A stretch of 63,831 nucleotides of DNA, counting the filler, from Neoconidiobolus thromboides FSU 785 (taxonomy: Eukaryota > Fungi > Entomophthoromycota): assembly GCA_025603075.1 (NCBI GenBank). It is 6 parts of 6 records of this genome, joined end to end, with 100 filler letters (N's around TTAATTAATTAA, not from the genome) between each part and the next. Parts side by side here need not be neighbours in the genome. Positions count along the whole stretch, not along the records: positions 1 to 19,503 come from MU626557.1; positions 19,604 to 37,535 come from MU626573.1; 4 more parts are not named here. The stretch is one strand, 5' to 3'. Of the stretch, positions 14,234 through 26,101 are shown in pieces; position 1 is the stretch's first letter, and each line of letters starts with the position of its first letter. The notes below the pieces were generated by a model. That model was not told the origin of the DNA. It worked only from the letters and a program-made list of their open reading frames with translations, and made no database searches. A program made the position numbers and the translations under genes.

Positions 14234-14652
14234 TTTAAAATTTAAAATCAAGTTTTTAAATTTCTTATTTTATAATTATTTAGTTATTTCCCCACATATT
14301 AGTTAGCACGCAAAGTGACTATGGAATGGCGATTTCTATGTTAAAGGTTATTTGTTCCTCTAAATTAGGCTATTTTAGTAGGATAATATTAACTTAGTAA
14401 TTTAATTAAGTCCTCTTTGTTAAATGAAATCAAATTTATTAAAATTTATAAAATATAATAAAAAAATTTATATAAGCGAAATAAATTTATTTAAAAATAC
14501 AATTGATACAGGCTGCAAAAACATACTAAAAATATAATGCGATTGCATTGTAATCGTAAGAGAAGATACAAGATAGTTTGTTGATAACTTGTTAAATAAA
14601 ATCCACATTCATTCATTGAGCAAATAGTGGAATCATACACTCCCATTTTAAA

Positions 14653-16669
14653 TTATTTTTCAAGCAAAAATTCCAACTTTTTAAATTCTTCAGTAGTTAA
14701 TAATATTGTTGAAGGTCCAGAGGCAGGCGACGAAGGTGATACAGTATAAGAATGTATCTCTGGAGGCGGAGTAATAATTAATGGTGTATTAGTCCCCCCC
14801 AATAATGGCAACATCTCGCCGCTAGAGTTCCTTTCTTGATTTTCACTTTTATGGAATGCTGCCATCCTAGTCTCAAACTCTCTAAACATTAACTCGGCCC
14901 TTTTCAATATCCCACGATAGTCTATAACATTGGAGAGATCATTTATATACTTCGTAATATTAGAAAAATATATAACTATAAAAAATAATTTACTCTAAGA
15001 ACTTCCTCAAGGGAATGAAGATGAGCAGCAATAACATGCTGATGCATTTCGAGAATTGCAGCAGCAATAAACAGATGATAATGTTTCGTTAAATGATTGG
15101 TCCAAATAATCTAATATTTTAATCTTTATCCTTATAATTGACAAAATATTAAGTACCTCCCAAATTCTCATAATATTATCAAAGCTGAATTCACGTTTAA
15201 ACCATATAAGTAACCACCGAAAGCACATAAACATATTATCAGCGCTAATATCCACTATAAATGGTAAGTAAGCAAGTAAAATATAGTCGAAATTGATTAC
15301 CTAAATGAAGATGGAGAGTGGGTGCTATAAGTTTAATGAGTAGAGATAAAGTAGTCAATTGACCATGCATCCCTTGTTGATCTCTCGAAAAATTTGTTTT
15401 GACTTTATCCATAAAAGCTACAAAACACCAAAATGTTTCAACCTCATCTTGCATTACTGCAAAGATAGGGGATAAAAGATCACTCATTCCTTGCACATAG
15501 CCTAAGCTTGGGTTATAAAAATGATAACATATAAGGATGTCTTTCAATTGTTCGAGGTTCGCGTTACTTTGAGGTAAATTACTCTCCACGTGCTCGTCTT
15601 CCTCATTTTCAGAAAATAATGGGATATGCCTATCTGTTCTTAATACGTCTTTTTCTTTGGAAAATGTTAATAAATACAAACAAACAACTTTGAAACATAC
15701 CAATTCTAAATGATTGTTCTTTGAAATCTTCCGATTCTCTAACAGTTGAATCCATCCATTTTTGTTTAATTGACCAATACGTATCACTAAATTGAATATA
15801 AAATACCATATATATAATCAAACTAAACAACTACCTTTTCTTGTTTAAAATCTCTTTCCTTTCACATTCATTTGCTTCCCATGGATAAACTCCAAGTAAG
15901 TATTTCCAAACTTCAGGTCTTATATCATGATCAATCCCCTTTTAAAAGATCAATAACCTGTTTTAAAATTAAATAAGTAATTTACCCCTGAAAAAATGCG
16001 TTTTAGAATTTCATCTTTATCATTTTGTAATTTGCTTTGTAACTTTGATTTCAATGGTTTAATATTTTGCGTGTAAAACCCAATCCATTCAACCGGTGTA
16101 AGCGGTTCTCTTGATAAGCATACTAATTCATAACTAACTGTTGCTCTTCCATTATCCTTAAATTAAGTTAGAAAAACGATCAAAATCTATAAAAAAATCT
16201 TTTACAGATAAAACTTCAAAAGCTCCTACTTCGGTATCAAAGATGCCTTCAGAAAAGGGTGAAGTTAGTCCACTGCTCATGAAACCATGCTCTGAAGCAG
16301 CAGCATTAGGGAGCCTTGATAATGCGCCATTTAAAAGATTTGGTAAATCATTACTTGCTCTTTCAACAATCCCGGCAGCCCAACGGCTTAAATATAATCG
16401 GGTAATTTCGTCTAAACCTTGAGAGTGTAGGTTATTGGGATTTTGACTGTTTTCGAAGCCTGAAGTATTGGGTTGAGAACTGCCCTCAGTAGCTGGTAAA
16501 ACAAAAGGTAAGACCTGCTTTGTAATTGGAGAGTTTAAAACGGTTTCTAAATAATTAGCTGTCTATTTCTATGTTGGTGTAGAATTCTACCTTGAAGCTC
16601 TTCACAAGCCCTAGTTACTTTTGCAAATGTCTCTAATACGGTCCAACGAAGTTCACTAAAATTACTCAT
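14653..16669 (-). CDS. GYP7: TBC-domain Rab GTPase-activating protein, Gyp7/TBC1D15 family (multi-exon; start uncertain)
   Basis: RPEVWKYLLGVYPW, KDVLRTDR (Arg finger), GYVQGMSDLLSP (Gln finger), FRWLLIWFKREF and N-terminal LRWTVLETFAKVT. Confidence 0.88.
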
Positions 16670-17510
16670 AACTTTAACACTTAAACATCAAACCTGTGTA
16701 TTTATTTCACAGTCACAAAAAAATTAGCTACTTTAATTTGTCCTTTTTGCTTGGTCCCAAACATTTTGTTTGGAAATGACATAATTGTTTAATTTATAAG
16801 TAGTCTAAAAACTATTACAAAAATTTGGTGATTTGATAAGCTCTACTTATTTATCAAGATTACAAAGACATTTTAATATATTCAAGTATCAATATATCAA
16901 TGATATGTACCTTACTAAAACTAAATGTAACAATAGAATTTTTCTATCTACAATACCATTAAGTATAATCTATAATTCATAGTTTGCTTTTTGATAACTT
17001 TAAATCAGAATTCTATAAAATTAAATAATCATTTAGTTGATAAGAAAATCCTTTCTTAATGAAACAACCGGGATTATAAAAAATAAAGGCAGAAGATAAC
17101 TTTATCACACTTTCCTAACTATTTTTACGTTTGAAACATTAAATAGCAGTTTCTTTTGCTATCTTTAATAATAGACATACATGTATATCTATTTTGTCTT
17201 AAAGATTTGAACCTCATTTAATTTAGTTACCCTACACATTAATCCTTCATAATATTGTTGCAATTTTGATTTAAAGTAAAAGCTAATCTAAAAATGTTAT
17301 TGATGCTTATAAGAGGTAATGCTAAAAATTAATTTAAAAAATATTGTGAGGATTTAACTAAAATATTTTAATTTCTAAAGGCTAAAATTAAATATAATTT
17401 ATCGCAACTTTAAATGTTTTAAACATTAAAAATATTGTAATAACTAAATAACAAGTTTATCTTTATAGCACTATTGTAAATATAAGAAGATAAATAACAT
17501 CAATTAATAT

Positions 17511-17607
17511 GATGATGTTTTTTGGCTTCATTGCTTTTTCTATCTTTTAAGCGCTATCTGAGTGGAAAAATTATTAATAAAATCCTTAAACACAAAAATA
17601 CATCCTC
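17511..17607 (-). mobile_element. MITE family A copy
   Basis: Reverse-oriented copy with ATAT on both flanks. Confidence 0.8.
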
Positions 17608-17646
17608 ATATATTAAGTATTTAATATAAGTAAAAAGATTCTTTTT

Positions 17647-17730
17647 GAGGATGTCTCTTTTTATTCAAGAAATTTGCCAATATTTTCCGCTTAGTAACGC
17701 TTAAAAAACGAAAAATGGTGAAACCAAAAA
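17647..17730 (+). mobile_element. MITE family A, degenerate copy
   Basis: GAGGATGT start and ttttccgcttagtaacgcttaaaaa core; right terminus eroded. Confidence 0.6.
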
Positions 17731-18051
17731 TTATTAGTTTCACTTAAAATCTAAATAAGAATATTTAATATAAAGATTGTTTATGAATATAGAAATACAT
17801 TAGTACAAAACAACAAATATAAATGCTGCAAAAAATAGGAATGGAAAATCTAAAAAGACCTTAAACATACTACAGTTATAGAAAGGTTTAGTATTAAAAA
17901 AGTTACCAAATAAATTTGCTTTTTGAATAGGTGCATGTAGTTAAATAAACATATTGTATATTTTAATTTTATGTTTTAACAATAAAACTTGTCAGACAAT
18001 ATTAGTAAATTTGATATTTAACTTTTAAGGAAACGGCAAAACATAGTATTT

Positions 18052-18141
18052 GAGGATATTTCTTTGGTTTCATCACTTTTTCTATTTTTTAAGTGTCGTT
18101 TGAGCAGAAGATTGTTAGTAAAATTTAAAAAATACACTTCC
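18052..18141 (-). mobile_element. MITE family A, degenerate copy
   Basis: Reverse copy ending ACACTTCC|ATAT. Confidence 0.7.
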
Positions 18142-18422
18142 ATATAGAAAAAACTCAAAGTGGACTTTTTAGACAGTAAAGGAATAAATTCTATTAGATA
18201 TTCTTTTTTTATAACAATTCAATAATCTAAAAGTTGTAGCAACCTATGTTCACAAGTGTAATTAAAAATAAAACGTATAGCTTATAGCTAATGGTCAAAC
18301 TTATTATTGGTGAGCATAGAGCCTACATAATCTATTATTAATTGTAGTATAAAGCTGCCCCATTTTAAGTTTAATAAACTATAAAAAGTTCTGAAAGAAC
18401 TAGCTTTCTTTATATTTTCTTC

Positions 18423-19503
18423 ATGGCTCTCTTTTTTCATTTTTCCTACCCTTCTTACTTTTCAACTTCAGAAACTATTAACCCTCAATAACAGAAGAAG
18501 TATATATTAGTAGACGACACGAGTTATTGTATCAGTGGTTATTATTATTCAGAAGATTTAGAAAATTATGAAAACAAAAATGTGCATAAATTAGATTTGA
18601 ACAAGGACTTCAAAGTAAGCAATTGAATAGCGCCTTTGGATAAACTCATTTCACCAAATTCAAATTGAATAATGAAAGGACCAAGTGTATTCAGATTCGA
18701 TAGTAAAGGGGAAAACAAGGTTGTCACTATTTTTAGTGGAAATGGACTATTTAGACTAGCGTATTAACACACTATCAAAAACAGCTAGATTATTGTTAAC
18801 GCTTCTAATAATAAATTGTTAACTTTTTTAAAAGATATAGGAATGTATATCAGCCTGAGCCTTGATAACCAAACTGCTTTTAGTTTTTTACGAAGTGACG
18901 TAGTAAGCAATCAAATCACATTACATAGTTCTCAAATTATTAAGAATGATAATGTTCATAATTCAAAGCGCTTTTCTTTAATACTCATAAATATTGAAAC
19001 AGGGTTATTCAAAGACATGTATATTAAATTGTGTATGAATTTAATGCAAAAACTTTTATACATAAAGGAAAGCTTTATTAACTAAATTTTGAGGATAAAA
19101 ATGGTAACAAACTACCAATGAATAAAATAAAAGTAAACTTCAGTGATAATAAGATTAAGGATATATCCTTGAATGGTGAAATATCGAATGAAAGGTTTCA
19201 TTCAAAGTTTCAAGTTATAAAAAACATATTATATTTGTTTACATTCAAAGAAGGTGATAAAAACGTATTTTATATGTTAGATATGGTTACCTTCAAATGG
19301 AGTAAAAGAGTTGTCAACTTTCAAGTCTTAGAGTTAAGTTGTTTGATTTCATATAAGGATTTAGTTATTACTTCTTTTGGTAGTAGAAAGGATTTTGAGA
19401 GTTCGGGGCAAACAAGGATTTTTAATATTAGAACTTGGGAAGAGGTAGATAATGTACCTGGAAATAATAGCTCAAATATAGAAAAGAGTGATATAAGAAA
19501 AGA
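18423..19503 (+). pseudogene. Disrupted paralog of the Kelch/TM family
   Basis: Fragments YILVDDTSYCISG...HKLDLNKDFKVSN*I and MLDMVTFKWSKR...VITSFGS...SGQTRIFNI align by eye to ORF 2119..3345. There are several in-frame stops and frameshifts, and the sequence runs into a gap. Confidence 0.65.
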
Positions 19504-19603
19504 NNNNNNNNNNNNNNNNNNNNNNNNNNNNNNNNNNNNNNNNNNNNTTAATTAATTAANNNNNNNNNNNNNNNNNNNNNNNNNNNNNNNNNNNNNNNNN
19601 NNN
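19504..19603. other. Assembly gap spacer (also 37536-37635, 38805-38904, 58563-58662, 62029-62128)
   Basis: 100-nt N runs with a central TTAATTAATTAA (stop codons in all six frames). Confidence 0.95.
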
Positions 19604-21006
19604 AGTGACTTGTTTTTACCATCAATACCAAATTTAAACCAGAATAAAGACATTATTAAACCTGTACCTAAAAAACCAGCAATACATACTGCCGATCCAA
19701 CAACATTCTTGGCCCCAGTAGGATCATATATACCAAGTAGAATATAAGGTGCTACAGCTGCAATTACTCGACCTGCAGCTACTGAAACACCAATACCAGT
19801 AGCACGTAGATGAGTTGGAAAAGCTTCTGTTATAGCTGGATATACTGTACCCATAACAGCAAAGTAAGAAAAGATATAATAACAATGAGCACCTTGAATA
19901 GCAGCTTTGACATTAGGAGAATAATAAGCTGGTATAATTACTAAAGAGGCAATAATAGCATTGGTATAAACAATTGGTAAAAGGAATTTTCTACCAATTT
20001 TATCAATCAAATAAGCAGCAATTAAATAAGAAGCAATAGAACAAATAGTTCCATATAAGTAAGTCAATGAAACATCACCATCTTTGATATTAGCATCATT
20101 AAATACACCTAAGGACATGAGATTGGATTCACCATAATCAGCAAATGCTTGAGAGAAGTTCATAACCATACCAAATGCACAACGGAATGGGTATTTGACA
20201 AATAAACTTTTAACAACAGCAAACCAAGACATTTTTTCATGTGGTTTATAAGCAATCTGATTCTCACATGGTGGAGTATCATATTTATTATTAGGTTGAC
20301 CAGCAGATGTTTCAATAAATATGACTACTTCTTCAGCTTCTTGATAACGAGATTGAGCTAATAACCAACGAGGAGATTCAGGAAGTTTATGTCTAACAAT
20401 TAAAACAAAAATAGCAGCTGATCCACCAACAGCAAATCCAATTCTCCAATTATATGCTCTATCAACATAAGTTAATATAGGATATTGAATAGCATTAGCA
20501 ACTAAAGCACCTACAGCCCAAAAGCTCATTACAATTGTATTCACTTTACCACGATGTTTTGATGGGATAAACTCAGAGATTGTAGAGTTCACAGCAGTAT
20601 ATTCAGCACCTACACCAACAGCAGTCAAAAAACGGAATACTAAAAAGAAAGGATAATGGAATGAAGCAGCAGTAATACAAGTCATTAAAGAATAAAATAA
20701 GATAGTAACAACAAAGGAAAGCTTTCTACCAAATCTATCACCAAAATAACCAAAACCTAAAGCACCAACTAAAGCACCCATCAACCATACAGTAGTAATA
20801 GCACCTGCTGCTTGTGCAGTGATATTGAAATAAACTTTTAGATTATTAAGCATAGAAGATACAATAGTAATCTCAAAAGCATCAAATGCCCAACCTACAC
20901 CAAGGATAACAGTCAATTTTGTATGCCATCTAGTCCAATTAAGATTATCTAGACGTTTGAATAAGTGGTTTGGATCAACTTCACTTTCAATATTTTTGTT
21001 TTCCAT
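19604..21006 (-). CDS. Major facilitator superfamily transporter (SV2/SVOP-NiaP/aromatic acid:H+ symporter-like); C-terminus lost in the gap
   Basis: About 12 TM helices; motif A GDRFGRK and the repeat DKIGRK; PESPRWL; N-terminal RLDNLNWTRWH...LGVGWAFDAFE; no introns. Confidence 0.9.
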
Positions 21007-21958
21007 TTATTTAAATTAAAGTTGGTCTCTAAATTCTCCAGTATAGGTCTTTATATACTGTGTAATAGCTCTTAGACCCTCAATTCCTAAGCCTTGCTTT
21101 TAATTCTAGCCTGTCTTATAAATTATTTCAAATGATGGCCAATGATTAAGATTATTATATACATTAAAATGCACGTTGCTTCTATGGCGAATCTGAGCTG
21201 CAATAAATTCTATAATTTTGTTTTAAATTGCTTAAAAAATCATCAATATTCAATTAAAAGTTAATTGAAATAAGGCTAAACTTGGTATTGATTTCGATTC
21301 TGGGTTAAGGTAAAATTTAATTTAGACACACTATTAATCAAACCTTAAAGTAAAGGATTGGTTTGTTAAATCTTATCTATATTTGGTTATGATAATTATT
21401 TCAATATTTGTCCAACATTTACATCTTTTTCCGATATATTTCTACTAAAATATGTAATAATGATGCTTAGAATTTATTACATGACAAAGATAACATAAGG
21501 TAACATAGTAATGAATATTAAGTATATAATAATATTAAAAAATGGAAGCGACTTCTCAGAAAACAAGTTGAATTTATAGAATAAATCAAAATCCGTAATA
21601 TTACTTTTAACTAATAAAAAGCAAAAAAGATAAGCAATTTAGAAAACTTTATTAGAATTTTTGATGATATTTTTCAATTTGGTCTTTATCATTATTATAA
21701 ATACTTTGAAAAAATCATATCCGAAGAGATGTGTGATACTTTAAAAAATACATGTACGAAAGTTGTCCTAAATTCACATCTTTTACATAATTCAAATCTT
21801 TTTCCGATATGTTTCCATTAAAAGGTGAGTGCTAGCAGTTTGATTACGAAGAAAATATATTCAAAGTGGGTATAATTTGAATTTAAATTTAAACTTAAAT
21901 CATATACATCATTTAAATATAATAGATTTAATCATTTTGTTTGTAATTTCTTAAAATT

Positions 21959-22096
21959 ATCATTCAAACATAATATAATTTTATACTTGGTCTGTTTTAC
22001 ACTCACTGGCCATCATATTTTTCCTCAATTTTAGCTAATAAATATGGTAGTTAATGTGAAACAGACCAAGTACAAATTATATTATGTTCAAATGAT
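21959..22096. repeat. Imperfect inverted repeat (about 60-bp arms, about 20-nt loop)
   Basis: atcattcaaacataatataattttatacttggtctgttttacac pairs with gtgaaacagaccaagtacaaattatattatgttcaaatgat. Confidence 0.8.
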
Positions 22097-22935
22097 TATT
22101 CTATCCCATCTTATCTGCTTAACCTTCCTTCATCAAGAATATAAATGCATTAATTTAGTACTAATAAACAAAAATTCTTTCGTACACTATTTACATTTCT
22201 GTAATGCGTTTAATCATATCTACATTAAGCTTATATACACTAAAAAGTAAAAAATAATTTTATCATTTAGTATATGAATTTTAAATTCAAAGTGAAGGAA
22301 ATCTATATCAAAGTACTTACAATAGATTATGTATTTTCTTTTACTAATATTATTAGTTGATTAAAAACATAACCAGTCATATTAAGTGTTTAAAAAACAT
22401 TCACAGAGGCTCGATAATCGTTATAATTATAAAGTGAATTAAGAATAAAACAATCGATCATAATATAAGTTACGTTTCAATATAAACTAAGTTGAAATCA
22501 AGTATCACTCTTCTAATGGACAATAGCCACTTTATCAAAACAGCATAATAGTCAATAAACAAGAAATACATTAATGTGCAATAAAATAAACATTTATCCA
22601 AGTTTATTTAATTGAATTATTATATTGAATTTGGGCTAATTTGAATCCAAGGTTCAGTCTCTTTCTAATTTTTATTTATTGTAAAGTAGTAGGAAACTGA
22701 ACATAAGTTGTATGAAAGTGAAATGTATACTTCACTTATTGAAATATCTTAATGACTTTTTTTGGACTTTATTATTTAATTCATAAATATAATATTTTTA
22801 AAGTATATTAAAAATCCATAGCTTACATAATTAGATACCTATATCTCAATCAAAGGGGAATTATCTCTAATACCAATCAGTATCCTCTCTCAATCCAACT
22901 AGTACTTCCATATATTATAGGCATTATTAACATAT

Positions 22936-23033
22936 GGGGATGTATTTTTATGTTTAAGAATTTTACTAACAAATTTTCCACTTAAATAGCGCTTAAAAAA
23001 TGGAAAAAATAATGAAGTCAAAAAAACACTCCC
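22936..23033 (+). mobile_element. MITE family A copy
   Basis: Full length, 98 bp, ATAT flanks. Confidence 0.9.
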
Positions 23034-23140
23034 ATATTATCTCTTGACTTGATGCAAAGCAAAAATGAATCTATTATAAGATGAAAAAAAGGCTCCTCCT
23101 ACTTAAGATTTCAATGCACAGCTTTAAAAGTAACTATAGC

Positions 23141-23338
23141 AAATTCTAATTCATTTGAATCATCTTGATGGAATTTGAAGCTAGTCTTTTATATCATACT
23201 TTCATTTTATGTTATATAAGTCTTAATACTTGTAAATAAAATTCTAATTCATTTGAATCATCTTGATGGAATTTGAAGCTAGTCTTTTATATCATACTTT
23301 CATTTTATGTTATATAAGTCTTAATACTTGTAAATAAA
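23141..23338. repeat. Perfect tandem duplication, 98-bp period, 2 copies
   Basis: ttctaattcatttgaatc...tgtaaataaa starts at 23144 and again at 23242. Confidence 0.9.
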
Positions 23339-23737
23339 GTACAAAAAGATAGTATTATCTATGTGATTCATTTTAAAATTTCAAGAAAAGCAGCACAACG
23401 ATTGTAATCAAAATATGTCAATAATTCTTTATTTGTGGGTAAAAGATCAAGAGTGATGTATGTTACGCTTACTTGAAATTTTTATTGATTAGTGTAATAA
23501 AGGAGGGATTGATTGTGATCTAACCATACCATTGCAACCACGACCTTTGATGTAATGGATATCTTTCAAGTTTAAGAGTACCATATAAAGGAAGGCTTAC
23601 GGTTGCAGTACTTTTATATCATATCTTAACTATTAGAATGTTTTTGGCTTTTAAAAGGTTTATAATTATTATTTAATTACTTCTATATTCAGTACAGATT
23701 TCAATCAAAGTTAATTTCAGTTTTATAATAAAGATAT

Positions 23738-23833
23738 GGTAATGTATTTTTTCGTTTAAAAAATTTGCTAATAATTTTTCCACTCAAATAGCGCTTAAAA
23801 ATGGAAAAAGTAATGAAGTCAAAAAACATCCCC
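23738..23833 (+). mobile_element. MITE family A copy
   Basis: GGTAATGT...ACATCCCC with ATAT flanks. Confidence 0.85.
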
Positions 23834-23977
23834 ATATTTTTGATGAATAATTTTAGTTTTGAATGACTAGTAAATTTTAAACCTAAACAATAAAAACAGT
23901 AAAGTAGAGAATAATAGTTAAACTTAATCGTTAACAGTTTAATAATTCATTCAAGTTCTAGAAGTAAAAATATAATT

Positions 23978-24556
23978 TTAATAATAAGTTCTAGTCCTAG
24001 TTCTAGTTCTACTAGTGTAATAAGGAGTAGTAGAAGTCTTAGTGGTGGTACTAGTTCCGGTAGTAGAGGTTTCAGTAGAAGTTTCAGTAGAAGTTCCGGT
24101 AGTAGAGGTTTCAGTTGATGTACCAGTAGTAGAGGTTTCAGTTGATGTACCAGTAGTAGAGGTTTCAGTTGATGTACCAGTAGTAGAGGTTTCGGTAGAA
24201 GTTCCAGTAGAAGTTTTGGTAGAAGTACTAGTTTCAGTACTAGTTTCAGTACTAGTTTCAGTACTAGTTTTAGTAGTTCTAGTTCTAGTTTTAGAGCAAT
24301 AAGGAGGTTTAATAGTAACTACTTTAGTATCAGTAGAAGTAACTATTTTAGTAGAGGTAACCGTTTTAGGACGACATGGGGTAGGGCAATAGGATGGTTT
24401 TTTGGTTATAGTGGTTGTTAATGTTTTGGTTACCCTTGAAGTAGAGGTAACAGTTTTTGGTCTACAGGGGTTGTATCCACCATAATATTCAACTGGCGAA
24501 GCTGCATCAGAGACAGAGAGTAAAAGAGCAATTGGAATGAGGATTTGAAATTTCAT
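23978..24556 (-). CDS. Secreted Thr/Ser-rich protein with two Cys-bracketed modules and TSTETST repeats
   Basis: Signal peptide MKFQILIPIALLLSVSDA; YYGGYNPC; two CRPKTVTST...YC modules; ~30-nt tandem repeats at about 24060-24210; ends RTRTRTRTYY. Confidence 0.85.
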   Translation of the reverse strand: MKFQILIPIALLLSVSDAASPVEYYGGYNPCRPKTVTSTSRVTKTLTTTITKKPSYCPTPCRPKTVTSTKIVTSTDTKVVTIKPPYCSKTRTRTTKTSTETSTETSTETSTSTKTSTGTSTETSTTGTSTETSTTGTSTETSTTGTSTETSTTGTSTETSTETSTTGTSTTTKTSTTPYYTSRTRTRTRTYY

Positions 24557-24594
24557 GGTTATTTTTGATGATTTTTATTGCTTTCATAAGATCC

Positions 24595-25128
24595 CTTTTT
24601 ATAGTTGTTGTTATGGTGTAGTTTTGAATAAAGACATGGGCTTTTGCCGGTGGTATATTTTTATATATTCAAAATTAATAAGAGTAAATTAAATCAACTT
24701 TATGATTTCCAATGATATTTACTATGTTAATAAACTGGCACACTTCAATTCTGATTCATTCTTTTGATGTATCTAATGTCTCTATATTTCAAGTCTTTTC
24801 TAATTTTAGCTTATTTAATTAAGCATCATAAATAGCTTGCATTAGCTTTAATTAAAATATTAAAACTAGAAATCTAGCTTTTCGACAATTGCTAAATTTA
24901 TTTCAGCTATGAATTTTTCACTTAAGCATGATTTGGCTTTTTAAAGATTTAAAAATATGATTTCGAGACCTACTTTATATTGATTTAATAATAAGTGCAG
25001 CTTTATTTCTAATATTAATATTTTTTATTATAAATATTAAAAAGAACTTTTTAAAAAACAAGGGCTTAGTTGTATATGACCTTATACAACTTAGCTTCTA
25101 TTATAGCTATCTAAAATTTGTATATAAA
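24595..25128. promoter_or_regulatory. Putative bidirectional promoter with opposed TATA boxes (cassette 1)
   Basis: CTATAAAAAG on the minus strand at 24595-24604 and TATATAAA on the plus strand at 25121-25128; both recur at matching positions in cassette 2. Confidence 0.55.
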
Positions 25129-25210
25129 CTCAACTATATTATTATGAATTTATTACAAAATAACAAGTTATTAGCACAAATTCGATTTGACCCAAAAAAT
25201 ATAAAACAAA

Positions 25211-25375
25211 ATGAAATTCTTATCCATTATTGTATTACTCGCTACCTCTGCTCTTGCTCAAGATTATGGCTATGGCAAACGCTGTAAAGATGTCACCAAA
25301 GTGGTTACCAGTACTACAGTTACCTATGTGACCAAAACAGTACAAGGTACTTGTCCTACAGTCACTTATTATTAA
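25211..25375 (+). CDS. 54-aa secreted Cys/Thr/Tyr peptide (not in ORF track)
   Basis: MKFLSIIVLLATSALA-QDYGYGKRCKDVTKVVTSTTVTYVTKTVQGTCPTVTYY*; AAAATG start, upstream TATA box and a conserved paralog at 27038. Confidence 0.85.
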   Translation: MKFLSIIVLLATSALAQDYGYGKRCKDVTKVVTSTTVTYVTKTVQGTCPTVTYY

Positions 25376-26101
25376 AGTTTATTAATAAATTAATGAGATT
25401 GGATTTATTTAAGCTAAAGCTTTTATGAGATTTTTTTTGATACAATATCAGTTATTTATAAATTTTGAATGTTAAAAGCAGTTGAAGCCAATACTTGATA
25501 CTAATATCACTTTAAATAATGAAGTTGAAAAAACCAAAAGTGTCACTTTTTTTGAAATGAGTTTAAGTTTTATTATTTATGGAATTAAAGCTAAAAGTGG
25601 GACTAATTATCATTTGCAAACTCAAATTATTCCAATTTTTTGACCCAAAGTATACTAAGAGTTTTTAAACCTGATGTCAAGTATGTGGACCCCTTGGGCA
25701 GTTTAATTCAATAGCTTTTAACACATTGCTTGGGAAATAATTTCATTTTAAAAAAATCATTTGATAGACTAGTTTATTATTCTAATATCATTGTCTTTTA
25801 GTTACTTACAAGAGCATTTCGCTTTTCTAAAATAAATTTTAACTCTTAGTTGTTTATATTGTTTAGTATAAATGTAATCAAAATTATATAATATTTGATT
25901 AACAAAAGTTAAGCTATTTATGTATCAGTAGTTTAATTATAAAGGGTATAATGGCTTTGTTAATTTTTATAGTTTATAAACTTAGAAATACTCTCAAACA
26001 ATCTTAAATTTTGAACTACAATGATAAAAATAAAAAGCAAAATAATCTTTAGTGTCAAACTATTGATAATATGCTTATGTTTTAGAAGTAAATGTATGAC
26101 T

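Noticed and set aside
19548-19559. TTAATTAATTAA palindrome inside each N run
   Set aside because: It sits at the same position in all five 100-nt gaps and is an artificial six-frame-stop scaffolding spacer. ORF ends containing X are artefacts.
24042-24302. Val-rich plus-strand ORF (and 26021..26296)
   Set aside because: Antisense shadows of the Thr-rich repeats
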